From Patescibacteria group bacterium (GTDB lineage: Bacteria; Patescibacteriota; Kazan-3B-28), in contig JAQUNP010000002.1 of NCBI GenBank assembly GCA_028717565.1, positions 90,054 to 154,053 on the forward strand: DNA of 64,000 bases. Reading direction: 5' to 3'. The notes below the pieces were generated by a model. The model saw only the letters and a program-made list of their open reading frames with translations. It had not been told where the DNA came from and did not search any database. The position numbers were made by a program, and so were the translations under genes. Numbering within the stretch: position 1 is the stretch's first letter; every line of letters begins with the position of its first letter. This document shows, piece after piece, positions 60,674-64,000 of the stretch.

Positions 60674-62053
60674 ATGTTCAAGGCGGGTCAGTTTGGGCTC
60701 GTCAGTAATACTATGGTAACTAAAACTCAAATTAATCCGTTTGCGGATCTGCTCGAGAAGGCAGGAGACAATCTAAAGCTTTATGAAGCTGGTGATTTGG
60801 TATCTGGCGTAGTCACAGCAGTCACCAAGAACCGGATATGGATAGATATCGATGACGGTCGGTTTGTGGGCATTATTTCTAATAAAGAGCTAGCCGAAGG
60901 TGGCATCGCGGCACCTAATTTAAAGGCAGGAGACAAGGTTACGGCTAGTGTATTAATGACCGAGAACGACGATGGGTTTATGATATTGAGTTTGAAAGAC
61001 GCTTTGGAGCAGGAGGGCTGGGACGCTTTGTATAAACGTTTCGAAGCCGAGGAGGCGTTTGATGTGAAAGTGGTGGAGGCCAACCGTGGCGGTTTGATTG
61101 TGGAGGCCGATGGTTTACGTGGTTTTCTGCCAGTTTCTCAGTTGGCACCCGAAAATTATCCTCGCGTGGGTAATGATAAGGACGAGATTCTTTCGCGTTT
61201 AGCCAAATTTGAGGGCGAGAAGATGCATGTGAAGATTTTGGACTTGGACAAAAATTCCAGCAAACTTATTTTCTCTGAACGTTCGGCGCGCAAGGAAGAG
61301 TTCGAAGAGTTGGTATCCGATATCAAAGTGGGTGATGTGCTGGAAGGTCGGGTAAGTGGTGTCGTGGATTTTGGGATTTTTGTTTCAGTCGGTCAACTCG
61401 AGGGCTTGGTGCATATTTCTGAGATTTCGTGGGACAAGGTGGAGCATCCCAGTATGTATGCCAAGGTCGGAGATAGTGTGAAAGTGCAGGTTATCGGTAT
61501 TGATGATGACAAGATTTCACTGTCGATGAAACGGCTGACGACCGATCCCTGGTTGGATGTCATTAAGCACTTTAAGATTGGTCAAACTGTGAAAGCAAAA
61601 GTGACTCAAATTATGCCGTTTGGTGTGTTTGTGAAGCTGACGGAGAAAGTTGACGATGTGTCTGAAGGGGTGGATGGTTTGATTCACATTTCGGAGCTAG
61701 CTCATGAACATGTCAGTAGCCCAGAAAATGTGGTGAAGGAAGGCGAAGAAATGACCCTGAAAGTTATCGATTTAGGTCCGGAAAGCCATCGGCTGGGCTT
61801 GAGCTTAAAGGCCATGACTAAAGCTCCAGCACCCAAGGTGGAGGAGGCCGGTGCCATGGCTGCACCTAGTGAAAGCGGACCAACTGATGACGGATTAGAT
61901 GCTTTGAAGATTTCTAGTGGTGCTATCAACAAACTACGCGAAGCTGGTTTGGGCATCAAAGATCTTAAGGGCAAAAGCCAAGAGGAGTTGGAGGCCCTGC
62001 CGGGTATTGGTAAAGTGACAGCAGCCAGAATTGTGGAAGCGATGAACAAGTAA
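60674..62053 (+). CDS. rpsA: 30S ribosomal protein S1 (four S1 domains) with a C-terminal HhH motif
   Basis: Repeated S1 OB blocks (GDLVSGVV, VKVVEANRGGLIV, GDVLEGRVSGVVDFGIFV, GQTVKAKVTQIMPFGVFV). C-terminal LPGIGKVTAARIVEA. Confidence 0.82.
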   Translation: MFKAGQFGLVSNTMVTKTQINPFADLLEKAGDNLKLYEAGDLVSGVVTAVTKNRIWIDIDDGRFVGIISNKELAEGGIAAPNLKAGDKVTASVLMTENDDGFMILSLKDALEQEGWDALYKRFEAEEAFDVKVVEANRGGLIVEADGLRGFLPVSQLAPENYPRVGNDKDEILSRLAKFEGEKMHVKILDLDKNSSKLIFSERSARKEEFEELVSDIKVGDVLEGRVSGVVDFGIFVSVGQLEGLVHISEISWDKVEHPSMYAKVGDSVKVQVIGIDDDKISLSMKRLTTDPWLDVIKHFKIGQTVKAKVTQIMPFGVFVKLTEKVDDVSEGVDGLIHISELAHEHVSSPENVVKEGEEMTLKVIDLGPESHRLGLSLKAMTKAPAPKVEEAGAMAAPSESGPTDDGLDALKISSGAINKLREAGLGIKDLKGKSQEELEALPGIGKVTAARIVEAMNK

Positions 62054-62147
62054 AAAAGCCACTCTGGCTTTATTAAACACGATTTTTATCAAGGGGCTGC
62101 TGTACAATAGAAACAAGTAGCCCTTTGTAATTACAAATAAATTTTAC

Positions 62148-63911
62148 ATGGACGAGAAAAAGGAAATATTATTACCAAATATTTTGACAGTACGAGAGCT
62201 GGCAGACGCTTTTGGTATACCGGTAACAAGAGTGATTCAGCAACTGCTTAAAAATGGTGTTTTAGCCAGCATGAATGACAATATAGATTATGAAACTGCT
62301 GCGGTAGTAGCTGATGATTTGGGCTTTGAGGTGAGTCAGGAAAAAACGGATGATGCCGTGCAAGTTGATGTGGCGGATAACAAAATTGATGTTGATGGTG
62401 AACCCAGGGCTCCGATTGTGACAGTGATGGGGCATGTAGATCACGGCAAAACTTCTCTACTGGACTATATCCGCTCGGCGAAGGTAGCAGAAGGCGAAAG
62501 CGGTGGGATTACACAGCACATTGGCGCCTACCAAGTGGACTATAAGGGTAGAGACATAACCTTTTTGGATACTCCGGGTCATGAGGCGTTTTCGACCATT
62601 CGGGCTCAAGGCACCAAGGTAACTGATATCGTAATTTTGATTGTAGCCGCCGATGAGGGCATAAAACCCCAAACGATTGAAGCGATTGAGTTGATCCGTG
62701 CTTCAGGGGTGCCGTTTGTAACGGCTATTACTAAGGTGGATAAGCCCGAAGCCAACGTGGCACGGGTAGAGCAGGAGCTCGCAGCGCATAATATTATTAC
62801 GCCCAAATGGGGTGGCAAAGATACGATTGTGGGCGTATCCGGCAAGACCGGTGAGGGTGTGGATGAATTATTGGATCTGGTGTTGTTGACAGCCGATCTG
62901 CAGGATTTAAAAGCGCGGAAAGAAGGCCCGGCTTTAGGCGTTGTAATCGAGTCAAAACAGGATCCCAAGGTTGGGATTGAAGCTACAGTTATCGTGCAGC
63001 AAGGCTTGTTAAAGGTGGGCGATCCTTTTGTAATAGGTGAACATACAGGTAAGGTTAGGTCGATGGAGGATGACAGGGGCAAACGAATCAAAATGGCGGG
63101 ACCAGCTACGCCGGTACGCATGACCGGATTCGCTCACGCTCCAAGTGTAGGAGAGGCGGTGAAAGTGGTGGCTAGTGACAAAGAGGCCAAACAGATGGCC
63201 TTGAAAGCAGTCAAAGCGGGCACTGTACGCAAGGCGACTGTCAAAACTTCGGACTTATCGAGGTTGGCTTCGCAGATTAAGGCCTCGCATTCAAACAATA
63301 TTAGTATTGTGTTGAAAGCCGATGTTCAAGGTTCGTTGGAAGCTATCAAAAACCAACTTGCTAAGATTAAGACCGACAAGGGCTCGATTCAGATTATTTT
63401 TGAAGGATTGGGCAATATCGCTGAACATGATGTGTTGGCGGCGGCCGGTAAAAATGCTTTTGTGGTCGGATTTAGGGTAAACATTGGTCCGTCGGTAGCA
63501 AGTATTGCCAAGCGAGATGATATAAAGATTTTGACATATGATGTTATCTACGAGCTCACAGATGATTTGACGAAGATTTTGTTAGAATCCATTGAGCCCG
63601 AAAAAGTGGAAGTAGAAATGGGTGAGGCAATGGTTTTGAAAGTATTTCGTGATACTAAAACGGAAAAGATTATTGGTATGAAGATGGTGGCTGGTAAGGC
63701 GCGCAGTGGCAATGAAGTGAGTTTCTGGCGCGACAAACAGGAGGTGGGCAAGGGAGTTGTTAACCAGATTCATCATTTGGCTGATAAGGTGGAGGCGGCG
63801 ACAGCGGGTGACGATTTCGGTTTTGAGATGAAAACCGATGCCAAGGTTCAGGAAGGCGATAAGGCAACTTTTAAACGGGTGGAGTATCGCAAAGTAGATT
63901 TGCAGGAGTAA
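62148..63911 (+). CDS. infB: Translation initiation factor IF-2
   Basis: G domain VTVMGHVDHGKTSLLD, DTPGHEAF, TKVD. C-terminal IF-2 domains. Confidence 0.95.
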   Translation: MDEKKEILLPNILTVRELADAFGIPVTRVIQQLLKNGVLASMNDNIDYETAAVVADDLGFEVSQEKTDDAVQVDVADNKIDVDGEPRAPIVTVMGHVDHGKTSLLDYIRSAKVAEGESGGITQHIGAYQVDYKGRDITFLDTPGHEAFSTIRAQGTKVTDIVILIVAADEGIKPQTIEAIELIRASGVPFVTAITKVDKPEANVARVEQELAAHNIITPKWGGKDTIVGVSGKTGEGVDELLDLVLLTADLQDLKARKEGPALGVVIESKQDPKVGIEATVIVQQGLLKVGDPFVIGEHTGKVRSMEDDRGKRIKMAGPATPVRMTGFAHAPSVGEAVKVVASDKEAKQMALKAVKAGTVRKATVKTSDLSRLASQIKASHSNNISIVLKADVQGSLEAIKNQLAKIKTDKGSIQIIFEGLGNIAEHDVLAAAGKNAFVVGFRVNIGPSVASIAKRDDIKILTYDVIYELTDDLTKILLESIEPEKVEVEMGEAMVLKVFRDTKTEKIIGMKMVAGKARSGNEVSFWRDKQEVGKGVVNQIHHLADKVEAATAGDDFGFEMKTDAKVQEGDKATFKRVEYRKVDLQE

Positions 63912-63918
63912 CTTTTTT

Positions 63919-64000
63919 ATGCGAGGGATGCGACAAGAGCGATTAAAGGCATTGCTTCAGGCCGAAACGGCTGTTTTTATGATGAACTTACGACAAGATA
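63919..64000 (+). CDS. rbfA: Possible ribosome-binding factor A, N-terminal fragment (runs off the window)
   Basis: Call rests on position after infB and the basic helical start MRGMRQERLKALLQAE. Only 27 codons are visible. Confidence 0.35.
   Translation, partial: MRGMRQERLKALLQAETAVFMMNLRQD

Noticed and set aside
1-64000. CRISPR array, rRNA operon, IS element, integrase or reverse transcriptase (DGR/retron)
   Set aside because: The repeated hairpins are dispersed and not regularly spaced. No Cas-like, DDE, tyrosine or serine recombinase motifs, or YxDD RT motifs, were seen in any ORF. The only xMDD match is the Mur-ligase block in murC.

Overview
The window looks like a ~45% GC, streamlined bacterial chromosome segment. 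From gene content I infer a CPR/Patescibacteria-like organism, but I have not verified this. Almost every backbone gene is on the + strand.

Backbone content:
- A split dcw cell-wall cluster: rsmH-ftsL-ftsI-mraY, then about 4.6 kb of unrelated genes, then murD-ftsW-murG-(sortase-like)-murC-ftsQ.
- Replication and recombination genes: dnaX, dnaB, ybaB-recR, gyrA.
- Translation genes: truB, tsaC, cysS, proS, metG, rpsA, infB, a partial rbfA, and one tRNA-Gln(UUG).
- Many small secreted or membrane proteins.

I recognised no rRNA, CRISPR array, integrase, transposase or reverse transcriptase.

The most unusual signal is structural. Starting at the tRNA-Gln (29.7 kb) and running to about 53.7 kb, the backbone is interrupted by at least eight cassettes that are GC-richer by eye. 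These cassettes hold most of the minus-strand genes. They reuse the same non-coding parts:
- A ~55-60 bp bidirectional promoter module with core TTGACTGGGARCGG, present three times.
- A 46-nt terminator, present twice with one mismatch.
- A shared ACGCTATATAGCGT palindrome, present twice.
- Duplicated terminator hairpins flanking individual cassettes.
- tRNA-Gln fragments split by GC-rich hairpins.
- An in-frame ABC-transporter gene relic.

Cassette cargo is mostly unrecognisable. Recognisable pieces are an HhH-GPD/FeS glycosylase-like protein, a triple zinc ribbon, a protein with an HxxxCxxC motif, gmd and a ClpP-like protein.

Other notable items:
- A HEPN(Rx4H)-CBS fusion.
- A sortase-like protein with Ser in place of the catalytic Cys.
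- An anticodon-domain-less class II aaRS/AsnA-like gene behind a terminator-containing leader.
- A ~155-nt promoter-leader module shared by ftsW and proS.

All functional calls come from motif reading by eye. No database search or computation was run.
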